Shown: positions 24,006 through 36,636 of the stretch, one piece after another
Layout: every line of letters begins with the position of its first letter
How positions within the stretch are numbered: the first letter of the stretch is position 1
Origin: Hydrolagus colliei
Taxonomy: Eukaryota
Direction of reading: 5' to 3'
Assembly (NCBI GenBank): GCA_035084275.1
Contig: CM068768.1
Coordinates: forward strand, 2,914,001-2,978,000
Length of the DNA stretch: 64,000 nucleotides
The notes under the pieces: generated by a model
What the model saw: the letters and a program-made list of their open reading frames with translations, nothing else
Told to the model about the DNA's origin: nothing
The model's database searches: none
Position numbers and translations under genes: made by a program

Positions 24006-24629
24006 TTGGCAAGTCGCTGTCATGTAGGAGCAGTTGGATTTGGACACTGTGGTTGGGAGCAGCGTGCCATGCAACACAGCCTTCAGACCAGGGAAATGCC
24101 AAACTTGCTTTACAAACTTCAAGCGGATTTTAGGCAACTGTTGCTCAGACTTGGCTCTCAGACAGACCTGGCAACTTTAAAAGGATAAGAACGGAATGGT
24201 AGGATATGTTATTTTTTTACACCCATAATTTTGCAAACAAACTTTTACAGGAAAATGTAATCGTAGCTGCATTCAGCTGGATTCCATAGATGTTGGGGAT
24301 TAATTTGTGAGCTAAATAGTCACGTGATTGACTTGGAAATTGAAACCTGTGGTAACTGTGGCATTGGTGGTTTCATTTTATAAAATATTTTATTCACCGA
24401 TTCACAGGACCGATAGTGTTAAGATAAGCAACCTGCACAATATTTAGTTGAAATAGTTGAACAGAAACAAATGCAAATTTTGGAGTTTGTGATAACGTGT
24501 CCTTTCTGATTCAGAATTCATACAGCGTTTTTTTTGTGATCGAAAGAAAACGTTTTGCAAAAGGTCTCTAATTTGCGATTGGGACTAAACTACATTCATT
24601 GGGTGCAAGCTTTGGTGAAAGTTAAATGC

Positions 24630-24713
24630 AACTGTTGTGTGATTCAGGTAGTTTCCTGTTGTTGGGCTGCTCTTTGTTCACAGTGACAAGAAACTGCCTT
24701 TATTACTCCAGTT
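24630..24713 (+). ncRNA. MIR196: mir-196 precursor hairpin; predicted 5p mature 24645-24666 CAGGUAGUUUCCUGUUGUUGGG
   Basis: 21/22 identity to miR-196b with seed AGGUAGU intact. The 3' arm CAGTGACAAGAAACTGCCT pairs with it and the AACTG/CAGTT basal stem closes the hairpin. Canonical position between PG10 and PG9. Confidence 0.95.
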
Positions 24714-24904
24714 ATTTTCATCGCAAACTTGTCGGAATTTAATTAGAAAGTGGATTGCTTTCCCTCCAGAAGAAATGCTATTAAAGTGGCTCACAAAGCC
24801 CCCATTTTGTTGTGCGAGTGTGCTAGTTCTGAAACTGGCTGTTATGGATACTAACTGCTGACAGTATCGTAATCTACTCATAGATAGATCTGTACATATG
24901 CCTG

Positions 24905-25040
24905 TATTATAATAATCCTTGCATTTGATGTAGTCTTTGCATCACGTCTTTGTGACGTCTCAAAGCGCTTCACAGAATGTACTGTAAAGATAATGGACTG
25001 TATTTTCTGAGCGAAATGCGGCAGCCAATTGCGCACAGCA
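24905..25040 (-). mobile_element. SINE 3' half
   Basis: The minus strand reads TGCTGTGCGCAATTGGCTGCCGCATTT...TGTGAAGCGCTTTGAGACGTC...AATGCAAGGATTATTAT. Confidence 0.75.
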
Positions 25041-28000
25041 GTGTATGAAAGTATACGTGTGTGAGTTTGTTTGCTGTGCAACCTATACAAATAGTTTAAA
25101 TGTATACCTTCTACTAAAAAAAATCAGAATTTGCAATTGTTTAATGTATATTTGCATCAAGTATACTGTGTATAATAATTATAATTAATTTTCTTTCTCT
25201 TATATGTTTTGTTGATTGAAAAACGGATGAATAACCAGAGACAGACAGAGAGACAGAGCGATTCCATTAATCTAAGTGTTTAAGAATGTTAACTAATATT
25301 CGCAGAGTATCCCACCGAAATAGCTTGTTGTTGTTTAAGTATTCCAGGATTTCTATTGGTTAATAAGTGTTTGAAAAGGAACAGGAAATGATTTGAGGAA
25401 GGGAGGATGAACCGACAAATTAAAATTAGTATATTTGTGGATTATAAATGGATTTCGTTTGATGAGTTCGCTTTCGTTTTCTCTCTCTCTGAATTGCGTT
25501 CTAGTGGAGAAGGTGGACCACAGGAAAGGTAGCTCATAAACATACACTTTCTTGTGTTTTAAGCTTGTATTTGCATCGAGTCCGAATAAGTATTGTTTAA
25601 AATTAGCATTGTTAATTCATCCAAAGAAGCTTTTATGTAAAATATTACTGTGGTAGCCAGACAAACTTGCTCATAGATTGTAGATTTGAATTCATTTGTT
25701 TAATGGACGAATCATTTTCTAACTGCAAAAACGATTTCCTTCCTTTTTTTCATCCATTTCCTTGGGAAGTGGGGATTTCTTTCGTACAATTTCACCGCAT
25801 CCTGGGTTCAACTGTACTCTATAAATGACCAAACTTTATTTCGAAACTTTACGAAATATTTAGTTTACTTGCAACAGGGTTATTGCCGTCGCATTAGTAC
25901 TTCATATTGGGCGACTCTTCAAAACACACACAGACACACAACAGAGTTTTGGTTCCGTTTAAACCACTGATCGAATCGGGGCAAAGGAATATTCCCAAAT
26001 TTCCGTGTTGCATCAGCCTTTCTTTCAATCGGCCTCTGCAGACGAGCGCCGATCTATTTTGTGATATACAACACGCTTTTGGTTTACCCAAGGTTGATTA
26101 TTTCTCCTGTGCATCCGTTCTGGTTGATCGGATCTTGAAGTGAGCTACACTAAAACATGAAAATGCTTTCGAGCTGTTGAGGAGAGTTGCCACCGCACTA
26201 AGCCGATTTGGTGAATGTACGATTGGTCTGTGGTGTTTTGTGTAAGCTCAGTATTGTCACACATTGTTATACAGTTAGGCCCGAGGCAAGCTTGTCACTG
26301 ATAAACCAAACGTGCGGGTCCCACCTTAACTGGACTGCAGCGACCCCGACCGACAGGACTGCTCTTGTTCATGACCAAATCGCTCTGGGATACATTCGCC
26401 ATTTTCTATTGAGACCGCTTTGCCCCTTAAAAGCACTTTTTAAAAAGCCATATCATTGAATTCGAAAACGATCCTACAATTTCCTTAAAAATAACCCCCA
26501 ATAAACGCAATCGGTGTTGTAATATATTTTAAAACATATAATGGAAACACTGGCCGTTAATGGTATTTTTAGTATAGATTTTTGTAGTACTATTTGCCTA
26601 TCACTAAAATAAAATTCACGTTCGCTATTGTACTGAAAGTTCGCTTCTTCAACATCGAACCAAAAACAGACACTTGTTTTGCTCCAGGATAGTGTTTCGT
26701 TCAACAATTAATGAATATTTTAACTAAACTACCAACTGTTGCCGTTTGCTAAATCACTTTCAAATGCAAGTTTAACTGGAATGTCGCTGAACCTATACAC
26801 AATGGACGATTTTCTAACCCTGAATTAGCATATTTATTGCTATATTTTCTTTCTTAGTTTAAAAAAGACCAAAACATGACAAGGATGTGGCGGAGATCGA
26901 ATAGGGAAACTCCAGTAAACCTGGATGTATTGTCGCATTTCTTCCTTGATAAGATTGCATTCGAAATGAAAGGAATATCTGTATTCTGGATTGTGTTGTA
27001 CAACGTAAATTTACCATTTACAAAATTACGCAAAGCCAGATTAAATTTCCCGAATATCGAATGGACGTAGAAAAAAGCAAGAGTCGCCTTACAAAGCACT
27101 TTTTGAATTACTATAATTGAAATTATTATCTAGAAAAATATTGTATGCCTAAGGATCATTTTAGTTTCATCAAAACGTGCTTGGTACAGCCATGCATATA
27201 CACGATTGCATTGTCTTACACTTAAACTACCTGAAACGAACTCTAACTATAAATATATCTAGTGTGTTTATCGTATTATCCCTTTGAATCTCGTCACGTT
27301 AGGTGATGAGTTGTGCGGTTTCAACACATGTACCGCAACACAGAAGACATGTTGAAGAAGAATTTGCCACAATGAATATAACATAGAGGAATTGCTGTGT
27401 GAGCAGTATGTAGAGAGCAAGGCAATCTCGCTGTTTAGTTTGTATAACACATTGGCTGCTGCAGTTTCCCGTTCTTTATAAAAATAAAATAAATATAAAA
27501 ATCTAAGATACTTTGAAGACATTTAAGTTTGAAGTTGTGAACAACATCTGAACAATATCTGATCAGTAATATCATACCCCCAAAGAGCTTTAATTTAAAA
27601 AGGATGCATTCAGTCATTTATGCAATTTCAACCATAACTGACAACAATATAACTGATACCAGCTATGCTCAGTGATACCCGCCAGTGGCCTGTCATTGTG
27701 CTGAAATAAATCTGCTTTAAAATATTTCAAGTGGTTCCCTACAATTTTTTAAAAAAACCTTCGAAAAGTTGAATTTTATTCTAAGCGTTCGGATACGAAT
27801 GTATATCTTCTCTCATGCAAAGTGCATTAGTCACATAAATTGAATTCTGGTAGCTTAAAATAGAAGGCTGTTAATAACAAAAAACATATTATGTTTAATC
27901 GCCAAGATGAGAGGTCCCCAAAATTAAAATGTAAAAATGTACAGTTTTTTCCTTAATATTTTTCATTCAAAAACAAAAGTTTATGAAATAAGGTAAAACC

Positions 28001-29349
28001 TTGTTGGTCTGGAATAAAACTTTTCTAAATTTACAACCTGTTAGTCAAAAGAAATCTTATTCCGTCTAGATAGGGATAATATTCATTGTTCTTACCTTCA
28101 GTTTCCTGATTATCTTTGGCAATTTGAAAAATAATCACATTTTCTTTCATAGACGCTGATTGAGTTTCAATCTTACTGTTTAGCCTATGTTCCCGTGTCA
28201 AGTCCAGTTTTAATTCGTTTTTGAAAAAATCAAATTTAGCCTCAACTCCCATTGTAAAAATACTATGAATTAATGCAACGGATGAACTGTGTTCAAATAA
28301 ATATTCAATAATAATATTCTGCTTTCGATTTGATATCTCTTTGTAAATCGCACCATATTGTGTTCACGTTTATGAATTGGCGCGGTGCTTCGGGAGGTCA
28401 ATTCAGAAAGTATTTTCCAGTAGGTGTGTGTTTATGGCCACACAATATGTTTTGAACAGTGTTCGGTCTTCCTGAAAAGGATGGTAGTGAGATAACATAA
28501 ATATATAAGCCAAGTTCAGCATTTCCAATTCTTTCCAAATGACGTACTATAACCGTTTGTACGATTTTTTCCCCTGCATTTAAATCATTGCTTTTGAATG
28601 AAACTGCATTTCTCTAAAATTGTTTGAAACGTCGCTTTGAAAAGGAGACAATTTGTAAAACTTAATTTCGCAAGTAGGGTCATTAGCTTTCCCCTGCCTC
28701 TTTCGGTAGCAAAAACAAGAGCTGTTTGTGCAAGTTTAGCGGTTGGAACATGGAGCTTTGTAACATGGAATTGATTCTAGTTAGAATTAGTTTCTGCCCA
28801 AAATAAAATTTGGTTAAAAAAAGAGTCGAATTGGTATATTCTGATTTGTGAGACGTCTATTTTCATAACAAGTTATTGAGTTCTTAAAAGTTCACACATT
28901 CGTAAGCATTGCAAGCACTTTGCTTCCATAGCATTAGATCCTTCAGGTTATTACAAACTGAAAAGTTGACGCGTTTATTGGCAATCTCTCAAGGCCGAGC
29001 CTCTGTAAACCGCCTGGCCTTCAAAGTAAACTTATCAGCGCCCACAACACCCATCGAGGTTTAAGAGTTGTCTACTGCGAAAATCCTATTAGATGTTCTT
29101 TTATGTAACTTGTTAAAATAAGGCAAACAATTATAAGACATGGTGTGGGAATTTGCCACTCTGGAGAAGATTAATTAGGGGGCAAAATAGTTCCTTAAAA
29201 TGCTGAATTTCAAACCTAAATCAGGCTTTCGTGTTCATAAACATAGTCATATTTATATGTTTGCTGGTGTTCTGGTTGCATAAATATGGATATAATCATC
29301 AAAAGATACTTAATGTGGGATGTATGTTAATTGTGTAACCCTCCCTTTG

Positions 29350-29406
29350 CGGATTGATTTACGTTTTATTGTCGCTCTGTCGGCCACATGAAAACTTTAA
29401 CCAATC
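29350..29406 (+). promoter_or_regulatory. HoxB9 proximal promoter motifs
   Basis: GATTGATTTACG (Pbx-Hox type), TTTTATTG, CACATG and CCAAT (29401). Confidence 0.55.
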
Positions 29407-29516
29407 GTTTTGCAGATAGCCCACAACATATCAGCTAACTCTACTTTGTTGGTTGAGAAGTTGGGGGAACAATTTCTAGCCTTACATATATTTCCCAATG
29501 AGTACGATGTTTGAAA

Positions 29517-30036
29517 ATGTCGATCTCTGGGTCAATTAGCAATTATTATGTGGATTCTCTGATAAGTCATGAAAGTGAGGAGGCATCTTCAACTAAGTTT
29601 ACTCCCGGGCAATATATAGTCTCTAGACAGACGGGGCACACTGAACACCCCGACTTCTCAGCTTGCAATTTCCAGCCCAAATCTCCTGCGTTCAGCACCT
29701 CGTGGACTCCCGTGTACCCGCAAACCACTGGCAATGCCTCTGCAGTGTACCATCCCTTCGTCCAGACTAACCCGGTCTCCTCCGAGAGCAGGTACATGCG
29801 GTCCTGGCTGGAGCCCATGCCCAGGACGGTAGCTGTACCGGCGATATCTCCCAGCAGCCAGGATTCAGTGAAAGCAGAGTCAATGGTTGGTCGTGGCGGG
29901 GAAACGTTACCGGCGCCGCTGCCAAAAATAACCTGTTTATCTTCGGATAACGAGGCCATCGATTCCAGCAAAGCACCGTATTATCAAGACAATAACATAC
30001 GTGAAACCGCCGAAGACAAAGAGACGAGACATCAAA
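29517..30036 (+). CDS. HOXB9: Homeobox protein Hox-B9, exon 1
   Basis: MSISGSISNYYVDSLISHE, CNFQPK and RYMRSWLEP. Donor CAAA|GTAAGT, phase 1 (520 nt). Confidence 0.95.
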
Positions 30037-30598
30037 GTAAGTTACAAGCCTTGAGAACTATATATTCCCCCCCTTCAGAATCCGTATAGATAACGAACGT
30101 CATATAAAAAAAACACGCCCGCAGCAGGTCCTAATAAAACAGTATAATTTATTTCCAGTTTAACCGCAAGTATTTAATTCGCTTTATCCTGCATGTTATT
30201 TTACGTCCCGCAATTGTATTTTATTGGCTCTACAAAACAGCCACCTGCGAACGTTTAATGAGTTTTGTTTTCCCACTCTATCTACCAAGAGGCAATAAAC
30301 AAATACTATTTTGCAACGAGCGGATTTTATCTTGAGCGGGGCTGGAAACTTGTATCGCAAGACTTTAAAGTGAAGTTTTTTTTATTTTACGCGGTTGGAT
30401 AATTTACTGTTAAATTGCAAACATCCGGCGAAACTTTTACAAAATCCACACATCACAATTTGGTAGCGGCTCACACTGAGCGGCAACGGTTCACGCTATT
30501 TCTGGCTTCCTGGCTGTAAATGGTCAGCTGCATACTGAAACAATCTGAAAATATAGCAAATGCATAGCATTGTAACATTATTTTTCTTTTCATTTGCT

Positions 30599-30670
30599 CC
30601 CCACCTCCCCCCACCCACCCCCACCCCCCACCCCAACCCCTCCACACACACACACACACACACAAACACT
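30599..30670. repeat. C-rich (CCCA)n tract plus (CA)n microsatellite abutting the HoxB9 acceptor
   Basis: Direct reading. Confidence 0.9.
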
Positions 30671-30688
30671 CCAACCACAACTCTGTAG

Positions 30689-30921
30689 ATAATCCCTCCG
30701 CAAATTGGTTGCACGCTCGATCGACAAGGAAGAAAAGATGTCCTTATACGAAGTATCAGACTTTGGAGCTGGAGAAAGAATTTCTATTCAATATGTACCT
30801 CACCAGAGACCGGAGGCACGAGGTGGCTCGTCTTCTCAACTTGACTGAAAGACAAGTCAAAATATGGTTTCAGAACAGGAGGATGAAGCTGAAGAGACTA
30901 AGCAAGGAGCACGGCAAATAA
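30689..30921 (+). CDS. HOXB9: Homeobox protein Hox-B9, exon 2; spliced protein 250 aa
   Basis: Acceptor CTGTAG|[21 protein letters not shown] and the HoxB9-typical [13 protein letters not shown]. Confidence 0.96.
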
Positions 30922-31770
30922 TACCCAGTCACGTATCTGTTGGAAACGGAACCTTTCGTGAAATAATAACGGTTACACATGCAATAGATCCTTTAAACGT
31001 GGTGAGTGGAGACCTCGCGCGACATTCGGGGAATCCCTGAATAGGCAGAACGCTACGTTTTAACATCCAGCTATTCGGCAGTTTAATTCGAAATGATCTT
31101 ACTGCATTTATTCAGGGAATACAGTCACGTGTAAAGGATTTTATTGCAGGATATTAAAGGGTACCACTTCCTCTCATTCTGACCAACTATTCCAGTCATG
31201 CACACATGATCTTGTTTTATTTTGGCTGCGTCTGCCCTTTTTAGATAATCTTTTAGGTTATTTATAAATTATTAAAATATCTTTGCAACGCTTGCAAGTA
31301 TCCATCGCTTTCTTCATTCCGTCTCGCTAAACGTGTTGGAAAAAAATATCTTTTTTTATATAAAAAGGTTCGAAATATATATTTTTAATCTTGTTTTGGT
31401 TTAGAAATGATTTAACGTTACTTATCTTCACCTGTTTACGTGTATAAAAAAGGATGTGTTGTAATTCATGTTTTGTTTAAAAAACGTTCCATTTTTATGC
31501 AACGAAATTACGATTTTTTAAAAGAAAACAAGACAAGTCTTCCTGTCAAGTTTTGTATCTCTTTTCCATGACTTGGCGTGTACCTGTTTTGGGGGAAAGT
31601 GTACTTACTATTTAAATCAGTAACATAGTTTTGATATTTAGCTGTGTTTAGTGTGTACTGGTTTGCAACGTGATACCTCTCAAGGTTTAAATTGGAAGCT
31701 TTCACGATTCGGTGTCTTCCCAATATTACCAGTTAGCAAAGCTATGGTCAGAATGCAATGAAACTATGTT

Positions 31771-31810
31771 TTTTTATTTAAAAGATGGTTTTTTTATTTA
31801 AAAGAAGGTT
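31771..31810. repeat. 20-bp tandem duplication
   Basis: TTTTTATTTAAAAGA(T/A)GGTT twice. Confidence 0.85.
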
Positions 31811-33138
31811 GTTATTGTAATCTCCGCATGTATTACTGTGGTGAAAGTGAAACTTTAACGATCTGTAATATAGAAGTTGATGACATTTTAGAAATAAAAT
31901 ACTGTTTTAGAATAATCTGGGGGAGGGGGCTCGCGTTGTGATTGGCTACCAAATTGAACAAAAGAGGGAGACAAAACCAGAGCCACACAATAGGAAAAGT
32001 GTTAGCTCAGGAGTCTTCCAGATCAGCGTTCAATATATCTCTCTATCTCTCTCCCAACTGAAGTTTGCAATCAGGCTGCTACTTTTATATGTTCCAGTTT
32101 GCATAAATGGTTCAAAATTAAAGTCGGGCCCTTCCTTCAGTAAAGCAGTTGCATTGTGATTTTTTTCAATGAAATAATGGTGGACACAATTAGTGATTGA
32201 GGCATTTTCTTTTGCACACATGGAAATATCACTAGTACGTGAGCTTTTCACACTAACGGATGGGTGCTTCCATCTAAAAACGTATATTCTAAAGATATTT
32301 AAAAATCAATTTGGAAAAGGGAGCACAAAATAATGTTTGCAGTTTCAATCGGAGCAAAGAATCGAAGTGTTTATCTTGAATCGAGACTGAGCTTTCGGTA
32401 TTGACAAACGACACAGCTTGAGAGAACATTCATGGAGGTACAAAAGAAAAAACGCGATTCGGTCATTTTCTTATCTTAAAGTTCACATAAGTTTACCAAT
32501 AAACTGCATAGTAATAGTACATTCACTTGTCGGTCGTGGATAGCATATAATGCAAAGAAATACGTTCAAATATGTGCAATGAGAACAAACATAAATTAAA
32601 TACACTAACCTATCATATGCCGAGAGAGCCTGTATTCAGGATGGAGCCACCTTAACGGAGTTACCGAGCTCAGTGAAACACATTCCCAATACAGCATCTA
32701 GAGACACGATGGGGTGACCGAGTAGGAACTTCAGCCAGATTTACTCCTTAATTTGCCTTCATCACAGGGAAGCAACAATTACTGATCTGCAAGTGGCCTG
32801 TATTTCTTCTGAGGGTCTTTACGAGGAGGATTTCCGAGCCCTGGGTTACCCGTTATTTGCAGGTTCTTTTGACGGATTAATTAACTCGCCATAAAACAAA
32901 ATATATTTTAAAAATCCTAACCTGAGCTTTTGTGTTGCTGTTCACTTCTACACTCTGCGTATTTTATTCTTGAACGTTTTAGTACACATCATAAAATGTT
33001 ATTTATTGCTATCCACTCAGTGGGTCATAAGTATCGCAGTTATTTGAATAAAGTCAAAATGCACAATAAATTCGTGTATAACACTCCGACAGAAATTATA
33101 CTTAGGAAAAAGCTTCGAATTCTGTTATAATCTGCTTT

Positions 33139-33198
33139 AAAGCGCTCTGGGATGCCACACCGTATGAAGGGCATTGTGAGAATGCAAGTTGTTGTTAT
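33139..33198 (+). mobile_element. SINE 3' tail fragment
   Basis: AAAGCGCTCTGGGATG...TGAAGGGC...AATGCAAGTTGTTGTTAT. Confidence 0.6.
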
Positions 33199-34275
33199 TT
33201 TTGCTGTTAAAATTATATTCCAGTCACCGCACAACAATTATATTCTTGCAATAAACGTTATACATTTCAACATGCAAACACTCACGTTTCCCCCCCACCC
33301 ACCAAAAAAGTAAAGTGATGATTGAGTAAATCCTCTTTCGAGATTGTCCACACGATCTGATCGAAAATAGAGAAAGAAAAAGTGTGAAAGAAACAAATCC
33401 AAAAGCTAGTCTGCTGACTCCAATTGAATGGGGTGAGTTGGAGTGGAACGTTATCCTACATTAGTGCCCATCTGGAGCTGATAGCAAAATAATAATCATT
33501 GTGGATCTATCTATGATGTAACAGGCAACTAAATTCCTTACAATCTGATTCGAAACAAATGACATGAAAACTTATTAACTTGTTACACTCGGCACCTAAA
33601 ATTCTGGAAAATGGCATCACAATAATAATTCTAAGATGTGAAGCGTCGCTGAGCCGCCCTCTATAATTTATCCGGGGAAATTTTACTCAAGGACGCTCCA
33701 ATAAGAATGTATGAGATTAAATTTATTTAGCTGACTTATTGAAAGCAACAAAGTGTCAGGAAGACTTAAAACATGTACATCCTCAAATGTAGGCATAAAT
33801 CTTCATTAATAAGCAACATATTTCACGTGGGCTGGAAACGAAAGTTGTGCAATTGATTATCTTGTGAATACTGAGAGACGTTGTTGGGTTGCTGAAAACG
33901 ACTCTTGTAAAGAAAATTCCGATTGGTGATAATGCAGCACGCAGATTTTAAAATACTTTTCTTATAATTGGTTTAAGTGGAACTGGGTTGGAATGGATTT
34001 CTGTTGCCTATATTTTTAAAAATTAACAGGAAACAGGAAAATTGGTCAGTCAAATGTTTTCAAATCGATTGAGGTAAGGGTTACTGGATTATCCACTGAT
34101 TGGATTTTTAAAAATAATCCACTTAGTACAATTTAGAAGCATTAGAGTAGCAATGTTTCGCCTTCGTATCACAGGCAGTACATGCAGTACAAAAAGAAAG
34201 TCAAAATAAGCCTTGAGTTGCCGATGAGGACTTAGGAAGTGGTCTGTCATTAAAGGAAATTCACGGTGGTGTACT

Positions 34276-34335
34276 GCAATAAAAGAATATGGCCATTGTA
34301 AAAGTTTATAGGGTATAAATTTCTGAAGGTTAAAA
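34276..34335. promoter_or_regulatory. Cdx site cluster, probable orthologue of the upstream Hoxb8 Cdx-responsive enhancer box
   Basis: GCAATAAAAGAATATGGCCATTGTAAAAGTTTATAGGGTATAAATTTCTGAAGGTT holds four TTTA[TC]-type sites and closely resembles the mouse element as I recall it. Confidence 0.65.
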
Positions 34336-35008
34336 ATTGAGCCTCTGTAAAATAAATAGACCAAAGGAGAAACTTTCAGGACACATTCAAATAAATTAAC
34401 TGTCAGAAGTGGTCACCACTTTTCTCTTGAAAATAAAGTTGCTTTTTATTTCGAAGGAAATATAAAGCATTTTTTTTTCAGGGGAAACTGTCAGTAATAT
34501 TACAGTGTAACTGGAATGCTTTAGACTCTAAAGCAAGTGACGCCCTCTTTTGTTCCTCTGCCTACCCTTTCCAGGCTGCCAGAAATTGCTGCAATAAAAA
34601 GCTATACAGAGTATGGCGAGACGTCTGGAGCTAAGGCTTTGACTGTGTTTACAACCCTGTGCCAATCCTTGGGACATTATTCTCACACAGAAAGCTCAAT
34701 TGTTTAGTCTCGGAGGTGGGACAATGGAATTCTCAAAGCTTTTTTTCCTCTCTTCTTTTTCTTCTTCCTGTTTATTGCCCCTGAGGAATTGAATGTTAGT
34801 AATCCATTGCACTTCTGCACGGACCGTGTGGTTTATTGGTACTGTCTGTGAGCGTATTTGAAATTGAGAAACTAACATTTGCCTTCGCTGCATTTTGCAT
34901 TTAATGGATTCTTTATAGCGGATTTTATAGCTCTTTGCGCATATTTGCTAATACAGTACTTTTTGTGTCCGTTTTGAAAACGAAATGCAACATTACTTCC
35001 GCGAGGTA

Positions 35009-35024
35009 CCAGTAGATGGCAGTG
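35009..35024 (+). promoter_or_regulatory. CTCF site between HoxB9 and HoxB8
   Basis: CCAGTAGATGGCAGTG is a perfect match to CCASYAGRKGGCRS. Confidence 0.75.
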
Positions 35025-35992
35025 TTGTTCCACTAAACACAGAACTGCCCCTTCATCTCACAACCCAAGTCACACAGCTACAGCTTCCTTTACTTTTCCT
35101 ACCCAGTCCTGTGACAAAATAAAATAAAGGCAGTTTACTAAACCTTTGGCATTTTCATTATATTTTCAGCAAAGCTATCGCAAGCAGAATTTAAAAATTA
35201 TTCTTAATAGCTGATCGTCTCGATTTGTGCAATTTTGTTATAATTTGGAACTAGTTTTGTGAAAAAACTAGTCTTAAAAGACCATCCTCCTGGAGCTCGA
35301 AATTGTAACAGTTCTGGATTTAGTCAAAACCCCAAACAATAGCACTATCCGTTATTGTGAAACTGCGATGTTTATATCACAAAATGCAGTAATATGAAAT
35401 TCCGAAATAGGTAATATACAAACCCACAATTTATATTTGAGAAAAATATTAGACAGCAATTCACCAATTTGAGAGTCTCATAAATTTTAACATTTTACTT
35501 AACTTTCTATTCAGGCTGCTTGAAAATAATGCACGAAAATTATTTCAAAAAATTAAGTGTTGTAAAGAAACTTAAAAAAGAGAAAATCCACAATTCCTAC
35601 CTTACAGATGAAAATGCTAAGCCCTTACGTTTCTGAGATTTCAACGTACCTTTCAAAATAGTTTCGCATTGATCTCCAGTGTTACACAGCTGCTGAATAT
35701 TGCCAGTGAGATCCTTTTAATAATATTCAGATAATCTCACTCTGCAAGTGATTTGTTGAAAATATTGTCTTAGACTTATTTTCAATCTGTGTGAATTCAT
35801 TTTTTTACACTGCGGACTGTATTGGTTGCTTCTATCTGCTGGGGGAAAAATAAAAGATTTGCACGGTCAGTCATTCTTTGCTTATCCAAAGCTGGAGTCA
35901 CGCAAATCTCAGTAGATAGAGGTGGAGAAGGACAAAATAGTTCCATTAAATGAGAATCACAATAGAGCAGGACCGATACATTCAATGAAAGT

Positions 35993-36636
35993 TGCTTTCT
36001 GACTACTACAATGCATAAATAGTACTTCAGTTGAGTTTAGAAACCAAAACTAGTGGTATTTTGTCAAAGTAATAGTAGGAATTCTGCCTATTTCAATTAG
36101 GTCAGCATTGTTACATTTTATGTCATTAGTTTTTCCCCTGTCTAATTTTGTGTATTTAATTCATGAGTGAAATGTCGAATTTCAGCTACTGCACAACAAA
36201 ACACTGGTATTTCAGTTTTCCAAATGTTACAGTTATTGGATTATCTTTCCATTTCCCCATGAACCATGAACAGCATCAAAATAACAACCGGCATAAATGG
36301 ATGTATTTACAGAATAAACTTAAAGTCTGACTCGTGGTTATTATGCATTACATTTACTGTGCATACATATGACACGGATGAATCTATACATTTTAATGCC
36401 ATATATTTTTATGCAATTTGCTCCATTTCTTTTTCCGTCTTTACACTTCTGTGCCTACAATCTAGCAGTAAATATACAACGCAACAGAAGAATTCAGATT
36501 TCAAATGGTTTGACCATGTACTTCCGATCGCCCAGAAAAACATTGAAACATTTCCAAACTAATTTCAGTTATTGTGCTTTCTCACTACTACAATACATAA
36601 ATAGTACTTCAATTGAGTAAGTACTTCATTTGAGTA
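35993..36636. repeat. 44-bp dispersed direct repeat (35993-36036 and 36575-36618) plus a 17-bp tandem copy
   Basis: TGCTTTCT(G/C)ACTACTACAAT(G/A)CATAAATAGTACTTCA(G/A)TTGAGT, 3 mismatches between copies. Confidence 0.9.

Noticed and set aside
29511-29516. Upstream TTG start for HoxB9 in the ORF track
   Set aside because: The conserved start is ATG 29517 (MSISG).
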